DNA of 64,000 nucleotides from Verrucomicrobiota bacterium (GCA_039818205.1 JBCBUK010000011.1:1-64000), one strand, 5' to 3'; positions 32,618 to 41,060 are shown, numbered from the stretch's first letter. The notes: generated by a model not told the origin, from the letters alone. Made by a program: numbers and translations.

Positions 32618-33118
32618 TTAGATTCCGGCACTGCGATTGGTGATCCCCGAATAGAGGCCGTCGGCAATCGATGTGAGCATGAGGTTGCGTTCGCTATTGT
32701 TCAGCTGCCCGACGAGGAGAGAAATTTTGGCGAGCATTTTCGCTTCGTCGTTTTTCCAGGCTGCTTTGTTGGGGGATTTGCTGATGCTTTCGAGTATTTC
32801 GCTGATGAGGATTCGAAGCGCGTTGCAGGCATCTGGCGGGACGTTCTTCAGTTTCAGCTGATCAATGAAGCGATCAATGAGCGCGTTTGGCTCGGTCGCT
32901 TCGGGCAACTTCGCATTGAGAAATGAAATAAGCAGCTGATTGCGAACATCTTCGGACACGCGGAGATAAATCTGTTTAAAGGTCTCCATGCTCACCGGCT
33001 GGTTGCTGTAGATCCGAGACAGGGTTGCTGGATCTATAGCTAAATGCTGAGCAAAGTCTTTCTGGTTCAGGGCCAATCTGGTCTGCTCATCCTTAAGGAA
33101 TTGAGCGACTTCAATCAT
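32618..33118 (-). CDS. XRE-family HTH regulator
   Basis: LNQKDFAQHLAIDPATLSRIY. Confidence 0.75.
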   Translation of the reverse strand: MIEVAQFLKDEQTRLALNQKDFAQHLAIDPATLSRIYSNQPVSMETFKQIYLRVSEDVRNQLLISFLNAKLPEATEPNALIDRFIDQLKLKNVPPDACNALRILISEILESISKSPNKAAWKNDEAKMLAKISLLVGQLNNSERNLMLTSIADGLYSGITNRSAGI

Positions 33119-33225
33119 AAAGTGTTTATCGACATAAAAAACCCTCTTTTAAGACGGTTTTCAGGATCAGATTGAAGAGCTTCAACTCGACAGTCGAGTT
33201 TTTAATCGGTCAAATTATAATCAGA

Positions 33226-33957
33226 CTAAGAGCGCAATTCGTTATGATACAGCCGATAACATTCAAGGACAATTTGCAACTCCTCGACCGAATAGGGCCA
33301 ATCGTTCGAGAAATACTCGGTGATTTGGTCGGGGTGGCCGGCCTTCGCTCCAGGGCGGGCCAGCTGGTAAAACTCGTTGTGCAGCGCAGGATAGCGTTGT
33401 TGGATGTCGATCAGGGCGGCCTTGGGCTCCGAGGGGAGCTTGAGGCCGTCGGGCTGTTGGCGAGCCATGTTCGCAATAAATGGGCTGGCAGGCTCGGCAA
33501 CCATTTCGGTTACGTTCTCGTTACTAGTGATATAATTCTTAGAACCTTCTTGAGAATTCGCTGTCAATGATGTCTGTGCCTGCAATTCCGCCAAAATTTC
33601 CTTCCGCATCTTCTCGAGGTCGGCATTGGTTACGGCAGTGTTTTTCGAGGATGACGGACGCTTGGAAGCTGAGGCTTCTTGCCGAGTCTTTTCCATGTCC
33701 TGGTTCAATTGGATTTGCTTCTCGGCTTCGGCTGCGGTGTAGCCTGTGGCCTGTAGCTCCTCCTGACTGACCGGCTGAACTTTGAATTCCTGAACAAGCC
33801 TCAAATTGCCATCCATTGCAGAGAAGAGTAGCCGTCTGATGTATTCAGACATTGTGATGCCTTGCTCGCCAGCTAACTTCTTCAGTTCGCTGTGCCGCCA
33901 TTTCGGTACGTTGACACCTATGGTTTCGGTATTTGGACCCTTGGGATTGCTTGGCAT
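33226..33957 (-). CDS. Candidate immunity repressor with N-terminal ribbon-helix-helix domain
   Basis: TIGVNVPKWRHSELKKLAGEQGITMSEYIRRLL; cI-like position, divergent from the early operon. Confidence 0.7.
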   Translation of the reverse strand: MPSNPKGPNTETIGVNVPKWRHSELKKLAGEQGITMSEYIRRLLFSAMDGNLRLVQEFKVQPVSQEELQATGYTAAEAEKQIQLNQDMEKTRQEASASKRPSSSKNTAVTNADLEKMRKEILAELQAQTSLTANSQEGSKNYITSNENVTEMVAEPASPFIANMARQQPDGLKLPSEPKAALIDIQQRYPALHNEFYQLARPGAKAGHPDQITEYFSNDWPYSVEELQIVLECYRLYHNELRS

Positions 33958-33958
33958 G

Positions 33959-34071
33959 GTTTAACTGATCTTAAGGATGGTTAAACATATTCCATAAAAC
34001 TTTTCAAACTAATTAAAGAATATTTAAAGAATTGCCGTTGACATGCGCAAGACTTTTAACAGTATTAAAAG
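33959..34071. promoter_or_regulatory. Divergent lysogeny/lysis promoter-operator region
   Basis: TTGACA at 34038-34043; palindromes GTTTAAC..GTTAAAC (33959-33986) and CTTTTAA-CAGTA-TTAAAAG (34053-34071); TTAAAGAA direct repeats. Confidence 0.65.
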
Positions 34072-34073
34072 AA

Positions 34074-34268
34074 ATGAAACGGATTCGCATAGCTTTCTCT
34101 CGTGCTGAAAGGGAAGAAATTGAGCAGGCATTTGGTTGCGATCTGGAAACGGTCATTGAGGCGGTCGCGATGGATGGGCCAGCCGCTTTCTCAAAAAAGG
34201 ATAAACATGCAGATGGCAGTGAAATACAAGATAGTGGGCTACAAAGTGGCGAAATCGACAACCAGTGA
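34074..34268 (+). CDS. Small protein in the Cro position
   Basis: First ORF after the rightward promoter; MKRIRIAF beta-like start then helices. Confidence 0.5.
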   Translation: MKRIRIAFSRAEREEIEQAFGCDLETVIEAVAMDGPAAFSKKDKHADGSEIQDSGLQSGEIDNQ

Positions 34269-34401
34269 AGGGCTTGAGAAGGCCGTTATGAACTTGCTTT
34301 CAAAGGGATTTAAGCTGCACGGTGAGTTGAAGGTTGCCGATGGTGGAATGCTGACGAAGCCGGCCTTGTTGCAGGTTATGGTGAAGTATGCACCGCGATA
34401 A
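34207..34401 (+). CDS. DUF1737-like small protein
   Basis: LEKAVMNLLSKGFKLHG..QVMVK. Confidence 0.6.
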   Translation: MQMAVKYKIVGYKVAKSTTSEGLEKAVMNLLSKGFKLHGELKVADGGMLTKPALLQVMVKYAPR

Positions 34402-34444
34402 AATTTTCTCATATTCTTTTAAAGAACTTTAAATTTAAGACGTC

Positions 34445-34699
34445 ATGAATGATGAAAATTCATCTGCGACAAAGCGGAAAATGATCGCCCCAAGAGGGCA
34501 CCTAACTCGCGAGCAGGTTATGGAAAGATTCAACATATCCGCTCCAACCTGGAACACGTGGCGCAAGCGGTCGGGAATACCGAAGGGAATCAAAGGGTGC
34601 TATCGAGAAGAAGACATCCAAAGCATCGAGCGCGGATCTTGGAAAGATGATTTTCAGGCTCGCTACAATATTAACACGCGCTGGAAGCGCCTAAGCTAA
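34445..34699 (+). CDS. AlpA/MerR-like HTH protein, candidate excisionase
   Basis: LTREQVMERFNISAPTWNTWRKR..P..YREEDI. Confidence 0.65.
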   Translation: MNDENSSATKRKMIAPRGHLTREQVMERFNISAPTWNTWRKRSGIPKGIKGCYREEDIQSIERGSWKDDFQARYNINTRWKRLS

Positions 34700-34706
34700 A
34701 AAGACA

Positions 34707-35462
34707 ATGGACTTACTGCCGGAAAATTTTTGCGTGGTTGATTTGGAGACTTCAAACCTGGATCCAGAGGACGGGGTGATTCTTGAGATTGGGGCCTGCT
34801 TACCGTGTGGGGCCATCTTTGAGGCGACCATTCACCAGCCGGTTCAGGATGGACAACCGGCATTTTGCCACTCGGATAAGGCGCTGCAGGTAAACGGGTG
34901 GACGCCGGAGCGTAACGAGAACGCTGAATATATGTCTGAGTTGGCGGCAATTGAGGACCTGTTGAAATGGCTCCAAGATTTCTCGATCGATCATCGGGCA
35001 GAAACGGGGGAGGAAGTTCAATGGCTCTTTGCGGGAAAGAATCCGCGCTTTGATTGGGATTGGTTGCTGTTCTACGTGCGGAAAGATCCGCGCTTGGTGG
35101 AACTCTTTCGGATCTTTAGCCGGCGCACCATCGATTTGCATAGCTGGGCCTATGCGTGGGGAATGACCCGGGGCTTTGACCTGACAGAGCCGGGATTCAA
35201 CACCGACAAGCTCTATGCCGCACTAGGATTTGAGCAAGAGCCAATGCCGCACCGTGCTTTGGCGGGCGCGCAATTGGCGATGAAAGTATTTAAGCGGCTC
35301 AGGATTGAGCTAGCCGAATCGCGCGAAGTCGCGGAACGCCTGGCCACCGCAAACGCATTGATCGGGGACTACCAGGAAACCGAGTCGGCTCTAGGCCGCG
35401 AGCTGCGGCGGCGAGAACAAGAACTTGAAGAAGCCCGCCGCGAAATCGCGATACGGGCCTAA
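34707..35462 (+). CDS. DEDDh-family 3'-5' exonuclease with coiled-coil tail
   Basis: VDLETS..ILEIG, GKNPRFD, TIDL, PHRAL. Confidence 0.8.
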   Translation: MDLLPENFCVVDLETSNLDPEDGVILEIGACLPCGAIFEATIHQPVQDGQPAFCHSDKALQVNGWTPERNENAEYMSELAAIEDLLKWLQDFSIDHRAETGEEVQWLFAGKNPRFDWDWLLFYVRKDPRLVELFRIFSRRTIDLHSWAYAWGMTRGFDLTEPGFNTDKLYAALGFEQEPMPHRALAGAQLAMKVFKRLRIELAESREVAERLATANALIGDYQETESALGRELRRREQELEEARREIAIRA

Positions 35463-35491
35463 CCACACACGAACCACGAACACCAACTACG

Positions 35492-35821
35492 ATGATACCA
35501 TTAGATCAGACAGAGGCGAAGAACGCCTTCGTTGAAAACGGTTTCGATTTCGATCAGATCGATGCCAACCTCGACAAAATCAACCGCCTCTTTGACGCCG
35601 CCAGCCGAGGCGGCCCAGCTGGCAGCGGTGGAGAGCAGAGAGCCCGGGAGCTGGCCAAGCTAATGAGCAAGGCTATTGAGGAATGCGCCGGAACCGACAT
35701 GGAAATTGTTGAAGGGGCCGCCGTTCTAATGTGTTACGCCTCGCTCGGTGGTAGCGGCTATTGTGCCGCGCGCAAAATGCTGGACCAGCGCGGATACAAA
35801 CGGAAGCCGCGCCGCCGCTAG
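35492..35821 (+). CDS. Hypothetical phage protein
   Basis: 109 aa ORF in the early operon. Confidence 0.55.
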   Translation: MIPLDQTEAKNAFVENGFDFDQIDANLDKINRLFDAASRGGPAGSGGEQRARELAKLMSKAIEECAGTDMEIVEGAAVLMCYASLGGSGYCAARKMLDQRGYKRKPRRR

Positions 35822-35849
35822 GTCTGCCGCCCAAACAAAAACTAAAGCG

Positions 35850-36041
35850 ATGTTACCCGCTTGGAAAGTTAGAGAGGTCATGGCCCAGAAGCAATGCGAC
35901 TGGTCGACGGCTTGCAGTATCTTATCCAAACGGGGGCACGCGAAGCGTCGGAGTAAAAAAGCGGCAGCGGATCGCGCGGCGGAGGAAGAGAAACGGCGGA
36001 AGGACTACCAAAAATATCTAGAAGATATGCACTTGGATTAA
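35850..36041 (+). CDS. Hypothetical small basic phage protein
   Basis: ATG 35850, 63 aa, fills an operon gap. Confidence 0.45.
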   Translation: MLPAWKVREVMAQKQCDWSTACSILSKRGHAKRRSKKAAADRAAEEEKRRKDYQKYLEDMHLD

Positions 36042-36057
36042 CCAAACCTATCATACG

Positions 36058-36432
36058 ATGAACGAAAAAGATCAACCCAACCCACACAGCGCGTTCATGC
36101 GCTTCATGGCCGCACACCAAAACGGCGCACTCGCCCTAGACGTGAGTGAAAAAATGCAAGAATGCACCAAAGCACTAGTTGAGAATGGCAAGAAAGGCGG
36201 GAAAGCCAAGGTCACTATTGAAATCGTTTTCGAGAAGATTGGCCCTGAGCAAATCCTAATCGGACACGAGCCGCTGAAGGTGAAAAAACCAGTTCCGAAA
36301 CGTGACGCTAGCATGTTTTTCACCAACGAGGAAGGCGAACTTGCCCGCAAGCCTTTTAATCAAGATGAGTTTGGCTTTGCTGACGAACAGGACGCTGAGC
36401 AAGTGAAGCGAATCGAGGCGTCGGGCAGCTAG
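36058..36432 (+). CDS. Phage protein of the type found upstream of DUF2303 genes (YfdP-like)
   Basis: KKGGKAKVTIEI..SMFFTNEEGEL..Q; context. Confidence 0.6.
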   Translation: MNEKDQPNPHSAFMRFMAAHQNGALALDVSEKMQECTKALVENGKKGGKAKVTIEIVFEKIGPEQILIGHEPLKVKKPVPKRDASMFFTNEEGELARKPFNQDEFGFADEQDAEQVKRIEASGS

Positions 36433-36567
36433 AGTTTTCCCTGATTGTGTCCGATCGAGGGTAATGCGGCGGCGTCTATACTTCGCTGGTTACGTATTCG
36501 CCCACCCGGTAACCGCATAAAAGCCGGGTTACCTTTTAAAACCTTAAACCAAAAATCGACTAACGTT

Positions 36568-37467
36568 ATGAAACATGGAAACAATGAACCGGGAGACGTA
36601 GACGTATCAGTCTCCCAGCAATCGGACGGAGCCGTTATTGCTGAGCTAGCCAAGCAAGCTGAAGCCTTGCGCGAAGTTCGTAGTGGTAGGGCTTTGGCGG
36701 TGCCTTATGCGATCGTGCAAACCGGTCACACCGTTAAGGCTTGTCCAGAATTATTGAGCGAAAAGAACCGGCGCACGCTACAAACCATCAAGAGCGATTT
36801 GGCCTTTGATGAGGTGCCTAGCTTTATCGCTTATGTAAACCGCTTTAAAGATGAGCGGAGCCGCCTGTTCGTTCTGCCGCAAGAGCATCTGTTTGTTGGC
36901 GTGCTCGACTACCACCCCAGCATGGAAAACCGAATCAGCGCTGGTAAGCTAGATTATCCGGATATGCCGGAACCGTGCCGCCATTGTCCCCAATTGAGTT
37001 TGCGCAAGACACCCGAGGCCCAGGCCTGGCTTACGATTGATAAGCAATGGATCACACAGGAAGACTTCGTAGAGTTTCTGAATGATCACTACTTTGAAAT
37101 CATTGAGCCAGAGGCCGCGAGCGTGCTCGAGCTAGCGCGTAATCTCGAAGTCAAAAATGATGTATCGTTCAAAGGAGTTCAACGCTCGACTGACGGCGGT
37201 TACAACGTGAAATACGAGGAAGAGTCGCACACGAACCAGATGCATGTGCCGGAACTTCTGCAGGTGCGCTTCTCTCTTTATGAGGGCTCCGAGCATGTCG
37301 ATTTCGCGGTGCGGTTGCACTATCGTCTACGCCAAGGCACTTTGCAATTTGCGATCAAGTTTCAACGCCTTGAGCACACAATGCGGGAACACCTGACCTC
37401 GATTCGGGAGCGCATTGAATCGGAAACCGGTTTGCCGGTTTGGAGCGTAAGACACGGGCTTCAGTAG
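36568..37467 (+). CDS. DUF2303 (YfdQ-like) family protein
   Basis: SFIAYVNRFK, GVLDYH, QEDFVEFL, YEG..VRLHYR. Confidence 0.82.
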   Translation: MKHGNNEPGDVDVSVSQQSDGAVIAELAKQAEALREVRSGRALAVPYAIVQTGHTVKACPELLSEKNRRTLQTIKSDLAFDEVPSFIAYVNRFKDERSRLFVLPQEHLFVGVLDYHPSMENRISAGKLDYPDMPEPCRHCPQLSLRKTPEAQAWLTIDKQWITQEDFVEFLNDHYFEIIEPEAASVLELARNLEVKNDVSFKGVQRSTDGGYNVKYEEESHTNQMHVPELLQVRFSLYEGSEHVDFAVRLHYRLRQGTLQFAIKFQRLEHTMREHLTSIRERIESETGLPVWSVRHGLQ

Positions 37468-37517
37468 ATTTCCAGGAAGCTGGAAGAATCAACGTAGCAA
37501 AGCAAGTAGTGGTAAAG

Positions 37518-37547
37518 GGGGGCGCGGTTTTAGGAGTCCGCGCCCCC
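37518..37547. repeat. GC-rich 10-bp hairpin in early-operon intergenic region
   Basis: GGGGGCGCGG-TTTTAGGAGT-CCGCGCCCCC; no U-tract. Confidence 0.6.
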
Positions 37548-37570
37548 TGAACCAAAACCAATATAGTAAC

Positions 37571-37852
37571 ATGAGTCTTAGCATAGGTAATCCATCAAGA
37601 ATTCTTCCGGAATCAGGAACCGACAATGGCTTTACCATGATCGTCGGGGATGATCCATCGAAAGGCACCCACCTTTTTACAACGGAATGCGTTAAGCTCG
37701 GGCATCGCCTTGAACAGCAGGGCAAGAACCTAGTCAGCGTTCAAGTTTACGAATGGTATGACTCGGCATTTGGCGCACTTGTGCGCGTAGAGGCAGACGT
37801 GAAACTAAGGCTCAAGACAAATTGGGAGGAAGTGCCGCATGGCGACGAATAG
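37571..37852 (+). CDS. Hypothetical phage protein
   Basis: 93 aa ORF overlapping the next gene. Confidence 0.5.
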   Translation: MSLSIGNPSRILPESGTDNGFTMIVGDDPSKGTHLFTTECVKLGHRLEQQGKNLVSVQVYEWYDSAFGALVRVEADVKLRLKTNWEEVPHGDE

Positions 37853-38984
37853 TAGTATTGAATGGTGCGATCACACGTTTAACGGGTGGGAAGGGTGCAC
37901 CAAAGTAAGCCCGGGTTGTGCGAACTGCTACGCGGAGAATCGCAATAGTCGGTTCAATGGTGGAAGCTCGGTAAACTGGGGTAAGGGTGCGCCTAGGCGG
38001 AAAACATCCGATAACAATTGGAAATTGCCCCTTCGGTGGAATCGTGAAGCCGAAGCTGATCTAATGAAGTGGGAAGTCTTTTACAATGTGAAAGGGCCCG
38101 CACACTGTCCGCGCCCAAGACGGCCAAGAGTATTTTCAGCGTCGCTTGCAGATTGGCTGGATCCCGAGATTCCCATTGAATGGCTGGTGGATCTGCTGTT
38201 CCTTGTTCAATCGACACCTAGCCTTGACTGGCTGCTGCTCACGAAACGACCAGAGTTGTGGTATGATCGCATAGCTGATGCTCGATTGTGGGTTGAGGAA
38301 GCACATACCCGCTTGGCTCCTCTAAATCGTGCTCTAAGTAACTGGCTGGGGGCCTGGCTCGATGAGTGGCATGGGCTACGCAAGGTTGCTCAATCGGGGA
38401 CTCCGCATAACGTTTGGATTGGCACGAGTGTGGAAGATCAAATCCGGGCTGATCAACGCATACCTGCCTTGCTGAAGATTCCGGCGAAGGTTCGATTTCT
38501 TTCGTGCGAGCCGTTGCTTGGAGAAGTGGATATCAACCATTATCTAGACAATGCTCCACTAGATGGCGGGTATTTTGGCCGCTCCTTACTTGATTGGGTG
38601 ATTGTCGGCGGCGAATCAGGACCCAATGCGCGCCCCATGCATCCTGACTGGGCGCGGTCGCTTCGTGATCAATGCCAAGAGGCAGGAGTGCCGTTTTTCT
38701 TTAAGCAGTGGGGCGAGTGGGCACCGTGGCAAAAAGACGATTACGTAGAGGAACAATGGTGCGTAAAGCCAGATGGTGATTTGTCATGGGTATCAGGGGA
38801 CCTATCCGACGGCATTCTAAACAACTGGTCCAAGAATTATGCTGCAGGTGATCACGTTATTACCAGGGTCGGCAAGAAAGCGGCGGGCCGGCTACTAGAT
38901 CTCCGTGAGTGGAATGAACTGCCCATGTTAACTTTTGCCCCCTCAAGTGAGGCGAAGAAAATTAACATGGAGGGCGGATCGTGA
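37839..38984 (+). CDS. DUF5131 / phage Gp37-Gp68 family protein
   Basis: IEWCDHTFN..GCTKVSPGCANCYAE, LLTKRP, FLSCEPLL, WVIVGGESG..ARP, FFFKQWG. Confidence 0.9.
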   Translation: MATNSSIEWCDHTFNGWEGCTKVSPGCANCYAENRNSRFNGGSSVNWGKGAPRRKTSDNNWKLPLRWNREAEADLMKWEVFYNVKGPAHCPRPRRPRVFSASLADWLDPEIPIEWLVDLLFLVQSTPSLDWLLLTKRPELWYDRIADARLWVEEAHTRLAPLNRALSNWLGAWLDEWHGLRKVAQSGTPHNVWIGTSVEDQIRADQRIPALLKIPAKVRFLSCEPLLGEVDINHYLDNAPLDGGYFGRSLLDWVIVGGESGPNARPMHPDWARSLRDQCQEAGVPFFFKQWGEWAPWQKDDYVEEQWCVKPDGDLSWVSGDLSDGILNNWSKNYAAGDHVITRVGKKAAGRLLDLREWNELPMLTFAPSSEAKKINMEGGS

Positions 38985-39003
38985 AATATTGGAGGACAGA
39001 GCG

Positions 39004-39474
39004 ATGAAGAATAGCAGAATACGGTGCATCTCCCTTTGGCAACCCTGGGCCTCTCTCATGGCCTGCGGTGCCAAGTTCCTTGAGACGCGGAGCTGGGACA
39101 CCCGTGTGCGCGGTGAAGTTTTTATTCATGCCAGCAAGACAAGGAGGGGAATTCGGGAACTCATTGAGCTAGACGACGACAGAATACTGTCGGCTATGGA
39201 AGAGGCTTTAAAACTAGCCCCCATCTATTGGGAGCATGATCTTCCCTTTGGTGCTATTCTGGCATGCGGCCAGTTGAGTGATACCCACCTGGTAGAGAAC
39301 ACTATCGAGGAATTCGAAGAACAAGAGCCCTTTGGTAATTTTGATCCGGGTCGGTATGCACATGAGTATCGAGATCTAAGGAGTATCGTGCCGATTCCAT
39401 TTAAGGGGGCGCAGGGCTTCTTCTTTGCCGATGTGCCAAGGGCTGCAATTGAAATCAAACTCATCAACCAGTAG
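39004..39474 (+). CDS. ASCH domain protein
   Basis: ISLWQPWASL..G.K..ETRSW..RG..IHA; KGAQGFF. Confidence 0.85.
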   Translation: MKNSRIRCISLWQPWASLMACGAKFLETRSWDTRVRGEVFIHASKTRRGIRELIELDDDRILSAMEEALKLAPIYWEHDLPFGAILACGQLSDTHLVENTIEEFEEQEPFGNFDPGRYAHEYRDLRSIVPIPFKGAQGFFFADVPRAAIEIKLINQ

Positions 39475-39482
39475 GCAATCCA

Positions 39483-40073
39483 ATGAGTGACACACCAAAG
39501 ACCTACGAAAGCGCAATCGACTGCATTATCGAGTTGGATTTCAAGATTGCCAAACTTAAGCGCGAGAACGCCGAGCTGGAAAAGAAGGTTGATATTGCAA
39601 AGGAGGCAATAGCTCGGCTCAGCGATGAACTCAAGAATCTGCGAGAGGATACAGAGGGCGATGCTGAACAGGTCCTATTGCTCACTCAGCGCGTCGAGAC
39701 ACTGACGAGGGAGAACACCGAGCTGCGGCAAAATCCACGCGACGAGTATCATACAATGGAAGAACTGTATGAATATCGAATGCTTTACCACGCGCATGCA
39801 GTCAACAGCTGGCAAACACAAGGTGTCCCTGTAGTTAAGTCTAGGCGACATGCGACCGGCGAGGACTGCTTTGACGGCAAATACTTTATTGTTGTTGCGA
39901 CATTGCCCACAGGCCAAGTCAGCAACCACTACAAATTAGACTATTGGGATTTGTTTGATGTGGCCGAGGTTGATATTCCGCCCGAGTGGGACGGTCACAC
40001 GCCTACGGTTGCGGCTGAACGAATCAAACACGCGATAAAATTTCTAAAAGCTACCGATGAACAAGCTATCTAA
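39483..40073 (+). CDS. Coiled-coil + WDGH-motif phage protein
   Basis: YHTMEELYEYR, KSRRH..G, FIV...PTGQVSNHY, WDLF, PEWDGHT. Confidence 0.75.
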   Translation: MSDTPKTYESAIDCIIELDFKIAKLKRENAELEKKVDIAKEAIARLSDELKNLREDTEGDAEQVLLLTQRVETLTRENTELRQNPRDEYHTMEELYEYRMLYHAHAVNSWQTQGVPVVKSRRHATGEDCFDGKYFIVVATLPTGQVSNHYKLDYWDLFDVAEVDIPPEWDGHTPTVAAERIKHAIKFLKATDEQAI

Positions 40074-40320
40074 TTTATCACCCTATTATCAAGCGACATT
40101 GGATGATCCTATTGTTCGCAGTGGGCGGAAGGCTGGCGCATCGAATGAATCAATCATTGGCGCAATGTATCAACGCCATCAAGCAATGAAAAAGCGGTTG
40201 ATGGATCTTGAGATGATCGCTCCGCGACGGATCAAAGTAGGCGATTCGGAAATGATTTACCGGGTTCCGGAACAGTTTATTCCCGTCGACGATTATAACC
40301 TTAAACAAAAGAACCAATGA
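40057..40320 (+). CDS. Hypothetical phage protein
   Basis: 87 aa, overlaps both neighbours. Confidence 0.55.
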   Translation: MNKLSNLSPYYQATLDDPIVRSGRKAGASNESIIGAMYQRHQAMKKRLMDLEMIAPRRIKVGDSEMIYRVPEQFIPVDDYNLKQKNQ

Positions 40321-40802
40321 GCTTACCAAACGATACACGAGCAAACGAAGAGGTGCTAACTGCACGATTGCAAATTAACTTTCCTTCACTGCGTTCGCAA
40401 GTCGCGCTGATGGTGCGTGACACGACGGAAAAACTCGTCGACGAGTTCCGTCAAAGCGAAGGTGAACGGATCCGCGAAATGGCGAGAGAGGCAACTAACG
40501 AATGCTTGCCGGAGATCGTACAAGAAGAGGTTGAGAAGGCGTTGCGGCAGGCCGTGAATGAAGCGATCGGCAAACAGTATTCGGCGTTCGAAGCGATGGC
40601 CCAAGCGCACATTGACGCAGAGGTCGAACGCTTTCGCGTAGAGGCCGCACCCGTAAATATTCGGGCGGGCATCGGCGAAGCGCGCCAGGCTGCGCTCGAG
40701 CTTGGCTGGCAAATCGAGAAATGCGGTGCTTCCACTGAATTGACTAACGCGATCGTGATGGCATCCGAACTAACCGAGAAATTGAACAAGCTTTTACCAT
40801 GA
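40317..40802 (+). CDS. Hypothetical helical phage protein
   Basis: 161 aa, ATGA overlaps on both sides. Confidence 0.6.
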   Translation: MSLPNDTRANEEVLTARLQINFPSLRSQVALMVRDTTEKLVDEFRQSEGERIREMAREATNECLPEIVQEEVEKALRQAVNEAIGKQYSAFEAMAQAHIDAEVERFRVEAAPVNIRAGIGEARQAALELGWQIEKCGASTELTNAIVMASELTEKLNKLLP

Positions 40803-40912
40803 AAACACCAACGGAAAATCTGACATTCGGGCAAGCGCTCGAAGTGATCCTAACCGGATGGCTTGCGTCGCAGTCTGATATGCTGGCTGAAGATTGGAGA
40901 ATCTTAAGCTAA
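40799..40912 (+). pseudogene. Internally deleted DUF2829/Tad2-like gene (37 aa, not in ORF track)
   Basis: MKTPTENLTFGQALEVILTGWLASQSDMLAEDWRILS: the family's N-terminal FGxALE and C-terminal WLASQxDMLAEDW motifs joined in frame. Confidence 0.8.
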
Positions 40913-41060
40913 GTCAGAAGCATCTAACAAGTAGGAGGTGATGCCATCTGAAACGCCAACACGAACGATTTGAAAGCGTAAGTGGGTTAATGAATCAAAG
41001 GGGGCCGCGCATCCTATAAACGCGGTAACTTTCCACCACTGACCAAAATCCAACAGAAAT

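Noticed and set aside
33172..33570. Plus-strand 132-aa ORF and many similar antisense ORFs (e.g. 50757-51356, 61677-62330)
   Set aside because: Shadow frames overlapping better-supported genes.
39483..40073. Calling the WDGH protein Tad1
   Set aside because: It lacks the FQxG and SRENAxALT motifs I associate with Tad1.
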